Source: Oscillospiraceae bacterium (GTDB taxonomy: Bacteria > Bacillota > Clostridia > Oscillospirales > Oscillospiraceae). Taken from it: a DNA stretch of 64,000 bases. The notes under the pieces are model-generated. The model searched no databases. It was not told the origin of the DNA and was given only the letters and a program-made list of their open reading frames with translations. Where the stretch lies: positions 86,391 through 150,390 of the forward strand of contig JAFRER010000016.1 of the NCBI GenBank assembly GCA_017434755.1. Reading direction: 5' to 3'. The position numbers and the translations under genes are program-made. This document shows positions 32,383-41,970 of this stretch, piece by piece (positions within the stretch are counted from its first letter, which is position 1; every line of letters starts with the position of its first letter).

Positions 32383-33534
32383 ATGCCGCCGAGCAGACAC
32401 AGTTCCAGTTCCCATTCATCCTCCTCGCACTCCTCGCATTCCTCCCATTCCTCTTCGAGCCGTTCCTACAGCTCCCATTCCTACAACTCGCACTCATCGT
32501 CGAGCCGGTCGTTCGGTTCATCTTCCTATTCGGGAGGCAGATCCTCTTATTCACGTTCGCCGAGCCCGCATTCGTCCTCGAGCCACAGCAGCAGGCCGTA
32601 CAATCCGGGGAGCTCGTCTTATCAGCAGCAGAGCCGCCCGGCACCGGCTCCTGCGCCGAGAAAGCCGAGAGTGAACCAGCCCTCCGGCTTCCGGCCGGTC
32701 GGGGGCAGGGGCGCATTGTGGATGATCGGACGCAGGCACGATTACGTCTATTACCCCTTCGCCTGGACGGACACATCCACCGGCAGGCATTACGAGAAGG
32801 GCTACTACGATGAAAGCGGGAAGCGCTATGAGAACGTTGCCTTCGAAAAGGACGGGAAATACGAGAACGTCCTCTGTCACTGCCCGTACTGCGATCAGGA
32901 CACGGTGCTCACCCTGGATGCCGCCAATGTGTCGCACAGCCTGCAGTGCCCGCACTGCAACGGGCCGATGGAGCTGAAGACCCAGCTGGATGAATACAGC
33001 GGCATGCAGAACGCAAGTTCAGCGGAACCCGTATACCGGACGGCGGAAGCACCGAAGAAGAAAAGGCACATAGGCCTGATCATCATCGGCGTCCTCGCCG
33101 GACTGGGGATCCTGGGCAATATCGTTGAAGACAAAACGCCCACGGTAACATATGATCCTCCGGAGCAGGGATACGTCATCAACTATGATGACAACAGCAA
33201 TGTAGCACTGTTCGGAGAGACCGTATATCTGAAGAGGACCGAGGAAGGGGAATATGCCATAACGAATGATTCCGGTGCAGCTGACAAGGTCATGCAGTGG
33301 TCTAACTATGACGACAGCTACTATGACCCCGATTCAGACTGCTGGATCTGGTGCAACACGGACATGTCCCCCCGCGTCTGGCAGTACTGGTACGAGGGCA
33401 TCTCCTCCGACTTCGGCGACTACGGCTGGATGGAGCACGAGGACACCGGCTGGTACATCGAGGAGTCGGAAGGACGCTGGATCGAGCTCCCGGACAGCTA
33501 TGACACTTCCGGGCTCTGGTATATTTCTGAATAA
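32383..33534 (+). CDS. Hypothetical single-pass membrane protein with a Ser/His-rich low-complexity N-terminus and an internal Zn ribbon
   Basis: RBS AAAGGAGGG. Residues 5-90 are almost only S/H/Y/R. CHCPYC...CPHC follows, then TM helix IGLIIIGVLAGLGILGNIV and a W/Y/D-rich C-terminal domain. Confidence 0.7.
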   Translation: MPPSRHSSSSHSSSSHSSHSSHSSSSRSYSSHSYNSHSSSSRSFGSSSYSGGRSSYSRSPSPHSSSSHSSRPYNPGSSSYQQQSRPAPAPAPRKPRVNQPSGFRPVGGRGALWMIGRRHDYVYYPFAWTDTSTGRHYEKGYYDESGKRYENVAFEKDGKYENVLCHCPYCDQDTVLTLDAANVSHSLQCPHCNGPMELKTQLDEYSGMQNASSAEPVYRTAEAPKKKRHIGLIIIGVLAGLGILGNIVEDKTPTVTYDPPEQGYVINYDDNSNVALFGETVYLKRTEEGEYAITNDSGAADKVMQWSNYDDSYYDPDSDCWIWCNTDMSPRVWQYWYEGISSDFGDYGWMEHEDTGWYIEESEGRWIELPDSYDTSGLWYISE

Positions 33535-33567
33535 TATGTAAATCATAATATGTTATCTGAAATATGT
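33533..33567. repeat. Three direct AATATGT heptamers with an exact 14-nt period
   Basis: AATATGT at 33533, 33547 and 33561. A related AATTATGT lies at 33588. All fall in an AT-rich spacer upstream of the flavodiiron gene. Confidence 0.6.
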
Positions 33568-33601
33568 GAATAATATTATGACAAGTAAATTATGTTAACT
33601 A

Positions 33602-33645
33602 TTTTCGCCGATGCCGTATCCCGAGGGGTGCGGTACCGGCGAAAA
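33602..33645. terminator. Imperfect bidirectional hairpin terminator
   Basis: TTTTCGCCGATGCCGTA ... TGCGGTACCGGCGAAAA (14 of 17 positions pair), flanked by T and A runs. Confidence 0.5.
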
Positions 33646-33745
33646 TGATCATTTACGGATGGACAATACCGCCTCGATAATGTAAAATAAACATTTAGAA
33701 TAAACACGGCGCTGTGCCGCAGAAAATACCGTTCAGGAGGTTATT

Positions 33746-35752
33746 ATGCATTTTACCAGAAAAGTCACGAATGACCTGACATGGGTCGGCGTGGACGACC
33801 GCAGGCTTGCCTGCTTTGAAGGCGTCTACGGAGTTCCCGACGGCGTGTCCTATAACTCATACCTGCTGCAGGATGAGAAGACCGTTCTGTTCGATACCGT
33901 CGACAAAGCGGTGTATCAGACGTTCTTTGAGAACGTGAAGTTCGCTCTGCAGGGCAGGGGACTCGACTACCTCGTCATTTCCCATATGGAGCCCGACCAC
34001 GCCTATACGATCGAGGCACTGCTGAGCCGCTATCCCGAAACGAAGGTCATCTGTAACGCCAAGATCGAGACCATGCTCAAGCAGTACTTCGACATCGATT
34101 TCTCGGGCAAGGTCCAGATCGTCAAGGAAGGGGACAAGTTCTCCTCCGGAAAGCATGAGTTCACCTTTGTCATGGCTCCGATGGTGCACTGGCCGGAGGT
34201 CATGATGACCTATGATCTGACCGACAAGCTCCTGTTCTCGGCCGACGCCTTCGGCACCTTCGGCGCGCTGAACGGAAGACTGTTCGCCGACGAGGGCGAT
34301 TTCTTCGGCGAGAACCTCGACGAAGCCCGCCGCTATTACACCAATATCGTCGGCAAATACGGCACCCAGGTCCAGAACGTGCTCAAGAAGGCCGCGGGCC
34401 TCGAACTCAATTACGTCTGCCCGCTGCACGGACCCGTGTGGCGCGCGCATTTCGGCGATTTCCTTGAGAAATACCTCCTGTGGAGCTCCTATACCCCGGA
34501 GGAGAAGAGCGTATGCCTCGCGTATGCGTCCGTCTACGGCCACACCGAGAACGCGGCCAACATCCTTGCAGGAAAGCTCGTGGAGCGCGGTGTGAAGGTC
34601 CGCATGTTCGACACCTCCGTCACCCCGGCAAGCTATATCGTGGCCAACGCCTTCCGCTGCAGCCACATCGTGCTTGCGGCCACTACCTATAACGCCGGCA
34701 TCTTCGTCACCATGGAGAACCTCATCCACGATCTGGTGAACCACAATCTCCAGAACCGCAAGGTGACGATCATGGAGAACGGCTCCTGGGCTGCCGCCAG
34801 CGGCAACCTCATGATAGAGGCTATGGGCAAGCTGAAGGGCATTGAGTTCATAGGCGAAAAGATCAGCCTGAAGTCCGCGCTCAAGGAAGACCAGCTCGCC
34901 GAGCTCGACGCGGTGGCCGATCTCATCGCGGCAGACATCTGCCCTGCACCGGTCGTGACGGCGGCTGCCGCTCCCGCAGAGCCGGGAGAGAAGCTCCCCG
35001 TGGACGACGGCGTGTTCAAGTTCATGACCTACGGCGTCGAAGTCCTCACCACGAGAGTGGACGGAAAGGACTATGGCTGCATCATCAACACCGCGGGCCA
35101 GGTCGCCGCCAGCGATCCGCGGAAGATCACCATCTCCTGCATCAAGAAGAACCACACCTGTGACATGGTCGCCAAGGCGGGCAAGTTCAATATCTCCATC
35201 CTCACCGAGGATGCGCCGTACTCGCTCTTCGAGAGCTTCGGCTTCCGCTCCGGCCGCGATGTGGACAAGTTCGCGGATGTGAGCTATAACGACAGGACCC
35301 TCAACGGCATCCGCTACATCCCAATGTACACCAACGCGGTGCTCTCCTGCGAGGTGATAGACGTCAGGGATCTTGACACGCAGACGCTGTACATTGCCAA
35401 TGTCGTGGAGGCGAAAGTCCTCTCGAGCGGCAAGTCCTGCACCTACGCCTACTATCACGCGCATATAAAGCCCAAGAAGAATCCCGCTCCGGACCAGAAG
35501 GAAGGCTTCCTCTGCAAGGTCTGCGGATACTTCCACGAGGGCAGCGAGCTGCCGGAGGACTTCACCTGCCCGCTGTGCAAGCACGGTCCCGAGGAATTCG
35601 AGCACATCGTTCCCGCGGTCCAGAAGAAGGTCAAGGGTTATGTCTGCACCGTCTGCGGCCACTTCGAGCCCTGCGACGGCGAGCTTCCCGCGGACTACAC
35701 CTGCCCGCTTTGCCACCACGGCCCCGATTCCTTCGAACCGGCTGAGCAGTGA
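33746..35752 (+). CDS. Multidomain flavodiiron protein: metallo-beta-lactamase diiron core, flavodoxin, flavin-reductase-like domain and two rubredoxin domains
   Basis: HMEPDH diiron motif. Flavodoxin segment AYASVYGHTE. Flavin-reductase-like segment of about 150 aa. CKVCGY..CPLC and CTVCGH..CPLC. Confidence 0.88.
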   Translation: MHFTRKVTNDLTWVGVDDRRLACFEGVYGVPDGVSYNSYLLQDEKTVLFDTVDKAVYQTFFENVKFALQGRGLDYLVISHMEPDHAYTIEALLSRYPETKVICNAKIETMLKQYFDIDFSGKVQIVKEGDKFSSGKHEFTFVMAPMVHWPEVMMTYDLTDKLLFSADAFGTFGALNGRLFADEGDFFGENLDEARRYYTNIVGKYGTQVQNVLKKAAGLELNYVCPLHGPVWRAHFGDFLEKYLLWSSYTPEEKSVCLAYASVYGHTENAANILAGKLVERGVKVRMFDTSVTPASYIVANAFRCSHIVLAATTYNAGIFVTMENLIHDLVNHNLQNRKVTIMENGSWAAASGNLMIEAMGKLKGIEFIGEKISLKSALKEDQLAELDAVADLIAADICPAPVVTAAAAPAEPGEKLPVDDGVFKFMTYGVEVLTTRVDGKDYGCIINTAGQVAASDPRKITISCIKKNHTCDMVAKAGKFNISILTEDAPYSLFESFGFRSGRDVDKFADVSYNDRTLNGIRYIPMYTNAVLSCEVIDVRDLDTQTLYIANVVEAKVLSSGKSCTYAYYHAHIKPKKNPAPDQKEGFLCKVCGYFHEGSELPEDFTCPLCKHGPEEFEHIVPAVQKKVKGYVCTVCGHFEPCDGELPADYTCPLCHHGPDSFEPAEQ

Positions 35753-35763
35753 TCGCCTGAGAT

Positions 35764-36918
35764 ATGCAGGATAAGACGAAAAGACCTGTCATAACTGAAT
35801 GCCCCGCGTATGAAAGCGCCTCCGTCAGACAAGCTCTGGCGGAGGCGATAGACATGACCGTGGGCCTTGACTGGGTTAAACCCAGCATGCGGATCGGCGT
35901 GAAGCTGAACCTCTGCTCCGCCCGCAAACCCGAGCATGCCGCGACGACTCATCCGGTGATGGCCGCGGAGCTAGCGAAACTGCTGATCGAGAGAGGCGCC
36001 GAAGTGGTATTGGGAGACAGCCCCGGAGAGCCCTTCACCCCCGCCATCCTAAAGCTGGTGTACAACACGACCGGCGTCAGGCTGTGTGAGGAGGTTGGCG
36101 GAAAACTCAACGATGACTTCAGCCACCACACGGTCTCTTTCCCGGAAGGGAAGAGCGTGAAGCAGTTCGAGTACTGCACGTGGCTCTCAAACTGCGACGC
36201 AGTAATCAGCTTCTCAAAGCTCAAGTCCCACGGGCTGATGGGAATGACCGCCGCGGTCAAGAATCTCTATGGGGTCATCCCCGGCACCATGAAGAGTGAA
36301 TACCACTTCATGCATCAGGATCCGAATGACTTTGCCGACATGCTCGTTGATCTGAACGAGTATGTGAAGCCCGTGCTTTGCCTCTGCGACGCGGTGGAGA
36401 TTATGGAAGGCAATGGCCCCACCCAGGGCACGTCGAGGCATCTCGGGCTGCTCATCGCGGGGAAGGATCCCTATGAGACGGACAGGCTCTGCGCCGCGAT
36501 CCTCGGTATCTCGGAAGACGAGATCCCGTACATGACGGCAGCAAAGAGAAGAGGCCTGGTTTCAGCGGAAGGATCCGCGGACTATGCCTCGGAAGCGGAA
36601 AAGTACGGCCTGCACGATTTTGTCCGCTCCGGAGCGACAGTCGGCTGGTTCAGCCCCACCGATAACGATAAGCTCGGAAAGAAGATCCTGAAAAAAGGAT
36701 TATACATCCTTATGCGGTCAAAGCCCAAGCCGGACGAAAGCTGCACGGGCTGCGGCCACTGCGCCAGGGGATGCCCTGCCAAGGCGATCGAGATCGTGAA
36801 GGGCAGGGCGAGAATCGACAGGAGGAAGTGCGTGAGATGCTTCTGCTGTCAAGAATTCTGCCCGACCGGGGCGATGAAGGTGAAGCGCTCGCTCGTCGCC
36901 CGCATAGCGGCGAAATAA
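35764..36918 (+). CDS. DUF362 domain protein with a C-terminal 2x[4Fe-4S] ferredoxin domain
   Basis: VKLNLC...HP...GDSPG pattern of DUF362. C-terminal CTGCGHCARGCP and CVRCFCCQEFCP. Confidence 0.8.
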   Translation: MQDKTKRPVITECPAYESASVRQALAEAIDMTVGLDWVKPSMRIGVKLNLCSARKPEHAATTHPVMAAELAKLLIERGAEVVLGDSPGEPFTPAILKLVYNTTGVRLCEEVGGKLNDDFSHHTVSFPEGKSVKQFEYCTWLSNCDAVISFSKLKSHGLMGMTAAVKNLYGVIPGTMKSEYHFMHQDPNDFADMLVDLNEYVKPVLCLCDAVEIMEGNGPTQGTSRHLGLLIAGKDPYETDRLCAAILGISEDEIPYMTAAKRRGLVSAEGSADYASEAEKYGLHDFVRSGATVGWFSPTDNDKLGKKILKKGLYILMRSKPKPDESCTGCGHCARGCPAKAIEIVKGRARIDRRKCVRCFCCQEFCPTGAMKVKRSLVARIAAK

Positions 36919-36963
36919 AAAGACCTTTTCGGACCACGGAAAGAGACTGTACAGGAAAAGCAA

Positions 36964-36989
36964 GAAGGAACGGATCTCTCCGTTCCTTC
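36964..36989. terminator. GC hairpin in the convergent spacer (terminator for DUF362 gene and/or GNAT gene)
   Basis: Perfect 11-bp stem GAAGGAACGGA / TCCGTTCCTTC. The T-rich tail is present only on the minus strand. Confidence 0.45.
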
Positions 36990-37146
36990 CCGCTATATAT
37001 TGAGGACAAAATGAAAAAGATGAAAAACAATCACTCACTGTGACTATGAGTCTACAGGGAAGATGTTACGTAAACAACACCCTAAATGTTACATAAATGT
37101 TAAATAGAAAACCATATGTTTTTTATTTGGTCAAACGGACGCAGGA

Positions 37147-37965
37147 TCATCCGAAGGTGCTGTTCCAGACCGTGTCGGGTTCGAGTTCTCCGCCATCATA
37201 GGCAAGGGACTTTTCCCCGTCATTGCAAGGGATGAAGCAGAATGCGCCGGCCGCATTTTTGAATGCAGCGCCGCCGGCGAGAAGCCTTTTTCTCTCCTCA
37301 TCGGAGCAAAGGAGCTCCGTGAAGAAGACCTCCTTATGGTTAACATAACATGCCGCACAGCAGGTATCGGAAACATAGATGTCGCCTTCATTTTCCTTGC
37401 AGAGCGTTTTCAGATACTCGATGCTTTCGTCGGATACGGAGACGTGGGGGAGGGCGGCGAGCAGCTCTTCTCTTTTCGCGTTATACGCTGCGGGGGATGC
37501 CGGCGTCAGAGGGAACGCTTCTGCCGTATGATCCGCTACGGCAAAGATCTTTCTGTGCCTTAGAGTTTTCTTCAGGCCGAGAGTTTTCTCATACATGGCG
37601 TACAGACCGTCTTCCGCGGGAAGCGTGGCGATGATCTCTGCTCCGTGCTCTCTGCCGTATTCCTCCGCCATGCGGCTGAGTTTCGCGCCGATGCCGGCGC
37701 CTCTGTACCGGAGATCAACGGCCACGGCGTAGATGTATGCACATGGTACGCAGGACTCTCCATTTACATAGCGCTGATCGGTCAGCACGCTTGCCATTCC
37801 GGCGATCTCACCGTTGCATTCGGCGACAAAGCAGCTGCCAATCTCCGGAAGGACACGAAAGAAGCATGTAACGATTTCCGCGGTGTCGCCGAAGACGTCC
37901 GTCCACAGAACCGTCAGCGCGGGGATGTCACCGGGCGTGTATTCACGGAAGAGCGGTTCAGTCAT
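37147..37965 (-). CDS. GNAT family N-acetyltransferase with a C-terminal extension
   Basis: Acetyl-CoA motif VAVDLRYRGAGIGAKL. Confidence 0.8.
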   Translation of the reverse strand: MTEPLFREYTPGDIPALTVLWTDVFGDTAEIVTCFFRVLPEIGSCFVAECNGEIAGMASVLTDQRYVNGESCVPCAYIYAVAVDLRYRGAGIGAKLSRMAEEYGREHGAEIIATLPAEDGLYAMYEKTLGLKKTLRHRKIFAVADHTAEAFPLTPASPAAYNAKREELLAALPHVSVSDESIEYLKTLCKENEGDIYVSDTCCAACYVNHKEVFFTELLCSDEERKRLLAGGAAFKNAAGAFCFIPCNDGEKSLAYDGGELEPDTVWNSTFG

Positions 37966-38860
37966 CGATCCACCTCGCGGTATACTTTTTCAGCAGATAC
38001 TCGGGCTTGTACGAGAGCTTGGACTGCCGGAGCGATTCAAAGCCCATGTCGTCCTCGCGGTTGATGTATTTCACATCGGGATACCGTTCCATCACCAGCC
38101 GGGACAGTTCGCGGCACACCATGGGATACGCCCCGTTCATGGAATACACGGCCTTCTCAAAGTGTACGTCGAAGGTATCTCTGCAGGCAAGCTCTCCCAT
38201 CGAGAAGCCGACGATGTCCCCGTCCGCGATCAGGACCCCGCCCAGAAGGCCCAGCTCCTCATAGGCCGCGAAGGCGCGGATGATGGCATCGTGCTCATAG
38301 CTGATGCTCTTGTCCAGACGTTCGGAATTGTCCTCATCCCAAAGGCAGAGCATGTCCAGACAGTAGGGGATGATGGCGCGGTTGATGGGCAGAAACTGCC
38401 AGTCATGCTCCGCCTCGAACCTGTTGCAGTGGTTCTTTTTTCCGTGCAGCGCCTTGCCGGAGTATGTGGAGAGCTTCTCAATGCTGTAGATATAGTCGCT
38501 GCAGACGGTATCTTCCGTGAATATGAATCTGTCCGGGTAGTGCTGCTCGAGCAGAGCGCGGTTTTCCCCGGTTATTCCTCTGATAGTGAAAGGATAGCCT
38601 TTGAAGGCGGCATACTCGCGGATGGCCTCTATGGCGGGGCGCAGCGGCCCTGAGCCGATGGGAAAGACGAAGGTCGGTTTCCCATCATAGCGAAGCTTTG
38701 TAAGCACCCTGTCTTCATGCCGGGCAATCAGCTGCCTGTAACGCTTGTCCCATATATAGATGTTGCCGAAATTGAAGTCGGCGCTCCGGCTGTTCTCTTT
38801 CATTACCACCGGGTCGACCCATTCCTTGCATTTGAGTGTTACGGGTTTAAACTCGATCAT
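37958..38860 (-). CDS. DUF2156 (MprF C-terminal/aminoacyl-transferase-like) domain protein
   Basis: The N-terminus ..FKP..L......V........SADFNFGNIYIW fits DUF2156. Start is ATG 38860 (RBS AGAGGA) or GTG 38872. Overlaps the GNAT gene by 8 nt. Confidence 0.75.
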   Translation of the reverse strand: MIEFKPVTLKCKEWVDPVVMKENSRSADFNFGNIYIWDKRYRQLIARHEDRVLTKLRYDGKPTFVFPIGSGPLRPAIEAIREYAAFKGYPFTIRGITGENRALLEQHYPDRFIFTEDTVCSDYIYSIEKLSTYSGKALHGKKNHCNRFEAEHDWQFLPINRAIIPYCLDMLCLWDEDNSERLDKSISYEHDAIIRAFAAYEELGLLGGVLIADGDIVGFSMGELACRDTFDVHFEKAVYSMNGAYPMVCRELSRLVMERYPDVKYINREDDMGFESLRQSKLSYKPEYLLKKYTARWIDD

Positions 38861-39419
38861 AGGTCCTCTCACATTTCTCTCGTATTTTCTGCCTTATCCC
38901 TCTGAGATCCTCAAATGTTTCGGGACGTTTGCCCGGGTCCCGCAAAAGGGCGGAGGGATGATATATTGCGGTATATTCTTTACCGTCGATGTCAAACCAC
39001 TGTCCGTGCTCTCTTGTGATTCTGAAGTTTTTGTCGATCAAAGCACCCGCGGCGATCCTGCCGAGGCAGATGATGATCTTCGGGTCCACCGCTTTGATCT
39101 GATGCTCCAGCCAGGGACGGCAGGCGGCGATCTCCTCATCCCGCGGGTCGCGGTTATGGGGAGGCCTGCACTTTACCATATTGGCGATATAGACCTTGCT
39201 GCGGTCAAGATCGATCAGCTCGAGCATCGTGTCAAGCAGTTTTCCGGCAGGGCCGACGAAGGGGATGCCCTGCAGGTCCTCCTGCTCGCCCGGACCCTCG
39301 CCTATGAGCATGACCTCGGCCTGCGGATTGCCGTCGCCGAAGACGAGCCTGGTCCTTCCCGCGGCCAGTCCGCACAGTTCGCAGCTTCTGCACGCTTCAC
39401 GAATGCTATCCATTTCCAT
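38847..39419 (-). CDS. Uracil-DNA glycosylase, family 4
   Basis: Motifs [13 protein letters not shown], and FVGPAG...HPSALLR. Confidence 0.85.
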   Translation of the reverse strand: MEMDSIREACRSCELCGLAAGRTRLVFGDGNPQAEVMLIGEGPGEQEDLQGIPFVGPAGKLLDTMLELIDLDRSKVYIANMVKCRPPHNRDPRDEEIAACRPWLEHQIKAVDPKIIICLGRIAAGALIDKNFRITREHGQWFDIDGKEYTAIYHPSALLRDPGKRPETFEDLRGIRQKIREKCERTYDRV

Positions 39420-39595
39420 AGCTGAAACACCTCTCCGGGAGACCGCCGTCAGAATCATGCGCGCAAGGGGATTCCTCTTGCAATGGCGGCAAAGGAAGAT
39501 TATAATATTTGCCGTTGATATCGTCCTGTTTTTTAGAAATTTTAACATCTGCTGTACTATATATCAACCACCTTTTTTGTGGTTTCGGAGGGAAT

Positions 39596-40966
39596 ATGGC
39601 TGATTTTGAGAACTACATGTCTCCCGGCAGAAAGGGATATCTCATAGGCATCGGAGGCGTGTCCATGTCCTCGCTGGCTGAGGTCCTGAAGGGGATGGGC
39701 ATTGTTGTGACGGGTTCCGACATAAGCGAAGGGCCAAACGTCATGGCCCTGAAAAAGGCGGGGATCACGGTCTTCAAGGGGCACCATGCCGGGAATATAG
39801 CGGAGGATGTGGATTTTGTCGTCCGCACCGCGGCGGTCCACGATGAAAACCCCGAGGTTGCCGAGGCAAGAAGAAGGGGAATTCCGGTCTTTGAGAGGAC
39901 GCAGGCCTGGGGAGCCATTTCAAAGGGATACGCCAACGCGCTTTGCATCTCCGGCACCCACGGCAAGACGACCACCACGTCCATGTGCACCCATATCCTC
40001 ATAGCCGCGGAGAAGGACCCCACGGTCATGATCGGCGGCACGCTTCCTCTGCTGAATGCCGGCCACCGGGTGGGAACCGGCAGCACGATCGTCATGGAGG
40101 CCTGCGAATACTATAACTCCTTCCTGTCCTTTTATCCGACGATTGCGGTGATCCTGAACATTGAGGCGGATCATCTGGACTTCTTCGAGGATATCGAAGA
40201 TATAAAGCATTCATTCCGGGCTTTTGCAGATAAAGTCCCCGAGTTCGGCTATGTGGTCGCGAATCACGATGATCGGAACACCATGGACGCACTTGCCGAA
40301 ACAGATAAAAAAGTCATGACCTTCGGCCTCAGCGAAGAGGCGGATGTCCACGCGGAGAATATCCGCTACCACGGCTCAGGCACGGAGTTCGACATTATCT
40401 ATAACGGAAGGCCCTTCACTGATGTGACTCTCCACGTACCCGGGGAACACAACGTAAAGAACGCACTAGCTGCCACTGCAGCCTGCATATGTCTCGGCGT
40501 GAGGCCCAGCGCCGTGAAGTACGGACTCGCGGGTTTCAACGGAGCCGGCAGACGTTTCGAGTTCAAGGGAAAATACAACGGAGCGGACGTATATGATGAC
40601 TACGCACATCATCCCGGCGAACTGAAAGCGCTGCTGGACGCGGTGGAAAAACTCAACTACAACAGGACAGTCCTCGTCTTTCAGCCGCATACCTATTCCA
40701 GGACAGCCGCTCTGTTCGACAGCTTCGTCGAACAGCTCTCCCGCGCGGATGTGACCATCCTTGCAGAGATCTACGCCGCCAGAGAGCAGAATACGATCGG
40801 CATCTCTTCTGCCGATCTTGCGGAAAAGATCGAGGGGGCCTGCTTCTACCCCACCTTCTCGGAACTGGAGAATGCGCTGAAGAGCATCGCCCGCCCCGGC
40901 GACCTCGTGCTCACGGTAGGTGCCGGAGACGTGTACAAGATCGGTGAAGATCTTGTGAACCAGTAA
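39596..40966 (+). CDS. murC: UDP-N-acetylmuramate--L-alanine ligase
   Basis: Motifs [30 protein letters not shown]. Confidence 0.92.
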   Translation: MADFENYMSPGRKGYLIGIGGVSMSSLAEVLKGMGIVVTGSDISEGPNVMALKKAGITVFKGHHAGNIAEDVDFVVRTAAVHDENPEVAEARRRGIPVFERTQAWGAISKGYANALCISGTHGKTTTTSMCTHILIAAEKDPTVMIGGTLPLLNAGHRVGTGSTIVMEACEYYNSFLSFYPTIAVILNIEADHLDFFEDIEDIKHSFRAFADKVPEFGYVVANHDDRNTMDALAETDKKVMTFGLSEEADVHAENIRYHGSGTEFDIIYNGRPFTDVTLHVPGEHNVKNALAATAACICLGVRPSAVKYGLAGFNGAGRRFEFKGKYNGADVYDDYAHHPGELKALLDAVEKLNYNRTVLVFQPHTYSRTAALFDSFVEQLSRADVTILAEIYAAREQNTIGISSADLAEKIEGACFYPTFSELENALKSIARPGDLVLTVGAGDVYKIGEDLVNQ

Positions 40967-40974
40967 GACAGCAG

Positions 40975-41012
40975 AAAAAAAGACCCGGTCTGGAAAGACC
41001 GGGTCTTTTTTT
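40975..41012. terminator. Bidirectional Rho-independent terminator
   Basis: Stem AGACCCGGTCT / AGACCGGGTCT with a GGAA loop, flanked by A7 and T7. Confidence 0.85.
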
Positions 41013-41017
41013 GTGTG

Positions 41018-41893
41018 TCACATGATGTCTTCGTTCACTTTTGAAGGAGGATTCTCCACTACCTCGGGATGAGCGAAGAGGTATTTATAGGCCTTAAGGA
41101 ACTGCGCGTAATAGTGGCCGTCAACGATCCTCTCGTCGAGGACTGCCTTGAAGTCTATGTATTTCCGCTTCTCGGCCTCGCCGTGCCGGTTGAACTCATA
41201 AGTAGTCCGTTTGGCTCCGAAAGCGAGGAACACCGGGAGCGTTCCGAAATTGTATATGTGGTGGAACACCGGGCCGATCCCGAGAGAGCCCATGTCGGTA
41301 ATGATCATGGAGCCGTGGAAGGGGCTCGCATCGGTCAGGGAGGTGGGAAGCCATCCGAAGTAATCGAGGACCTTCAGGATCCAGATGGCGAAGCGGAGAA
41401 GGAAGCGTGGAGCCTTGCACAGGACTTCGGCGACGTCCTCCGTGTTGTTGTTGCCGTTGTCGGCCTTGATCTCTTCGATCTTCTCGTTCATCTTGTGATA
41501 AACGTCGAAGATGGTGTCGGTGGGCTGGAAGGGGATCTTGATTGTGGTCTCGGTGGCGTCGATGGAGAGGGAACGCTTTACCGTCATAACAACTTCGATG
41601 TTGTTATGGGCATAGATCCTGCGCCCCGCGATGAAGCGGTTCAGACCGGGCAGCAGCGCAACGCCGCGGATATAGGCCGCAATGAAAAAGTGCAGAAGAC
41701 CGATACCTTTGTAGCCTTCCACACGGAGCCTTCGGAGGAATTTTTCCACGGTGGAGATCTCAAAGCTCTCCTCATAATGGATCAGGGCGTCGTTCCTCTC
41801 AGGCATGATGAAGGGAATGAATTTGGAGAATGCAGGCAGGGAACGGACCAGTCTGCCGTCTTTTCTGTCGCCTGCGCGTCTTGATGAAGCCAT
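41018..41893 (-). CDS. Stand-alone 2-oxoacid dehydrogenase E2-type acyltransferase catalytic-domain protein (CAT-like fold)
   Basis: C-terminal ..LDERIVDGHYYAQF (DHRxxDG-like motif). Start is ATG 41893 with RBS GGAGG. No lipoyl or E3-binding domains. Confidence 0.7.
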   Translation of the reverse strand: MASSRRAGDRKDGRLVRSLPAFSKFIPFIMPERNDALIHYEESFEISTVEKFLRRLRVEGYKGIGLLHFFIAAYIRGVALLPGLNRFIAGRRIYAHNNIEVVMTVKRSLSIDATETTIKIPFQPTDTIFDVYHKMNEKIEEIKADNGNNNTEDVAEVLCKAPRFLLRFAIWILKVLDYFGWLPTSLTDASPFHGSMIITDMGSLGIGPVFHHIYNFGTLPVFLAFGAKRTTYEFNRHGEAEKRKYIDFKAVLDERIVDGHYYAQFLKAYKYLFAHPEVVENPPSKVNEDIM

Positions 41894-41970
41894 GTCAGCC
41901 TCCGAATATTTCAAATATTTGAATTTGTTTAACTATTATACAATACGGAGCGATGCTGTACAAGAAGTTT

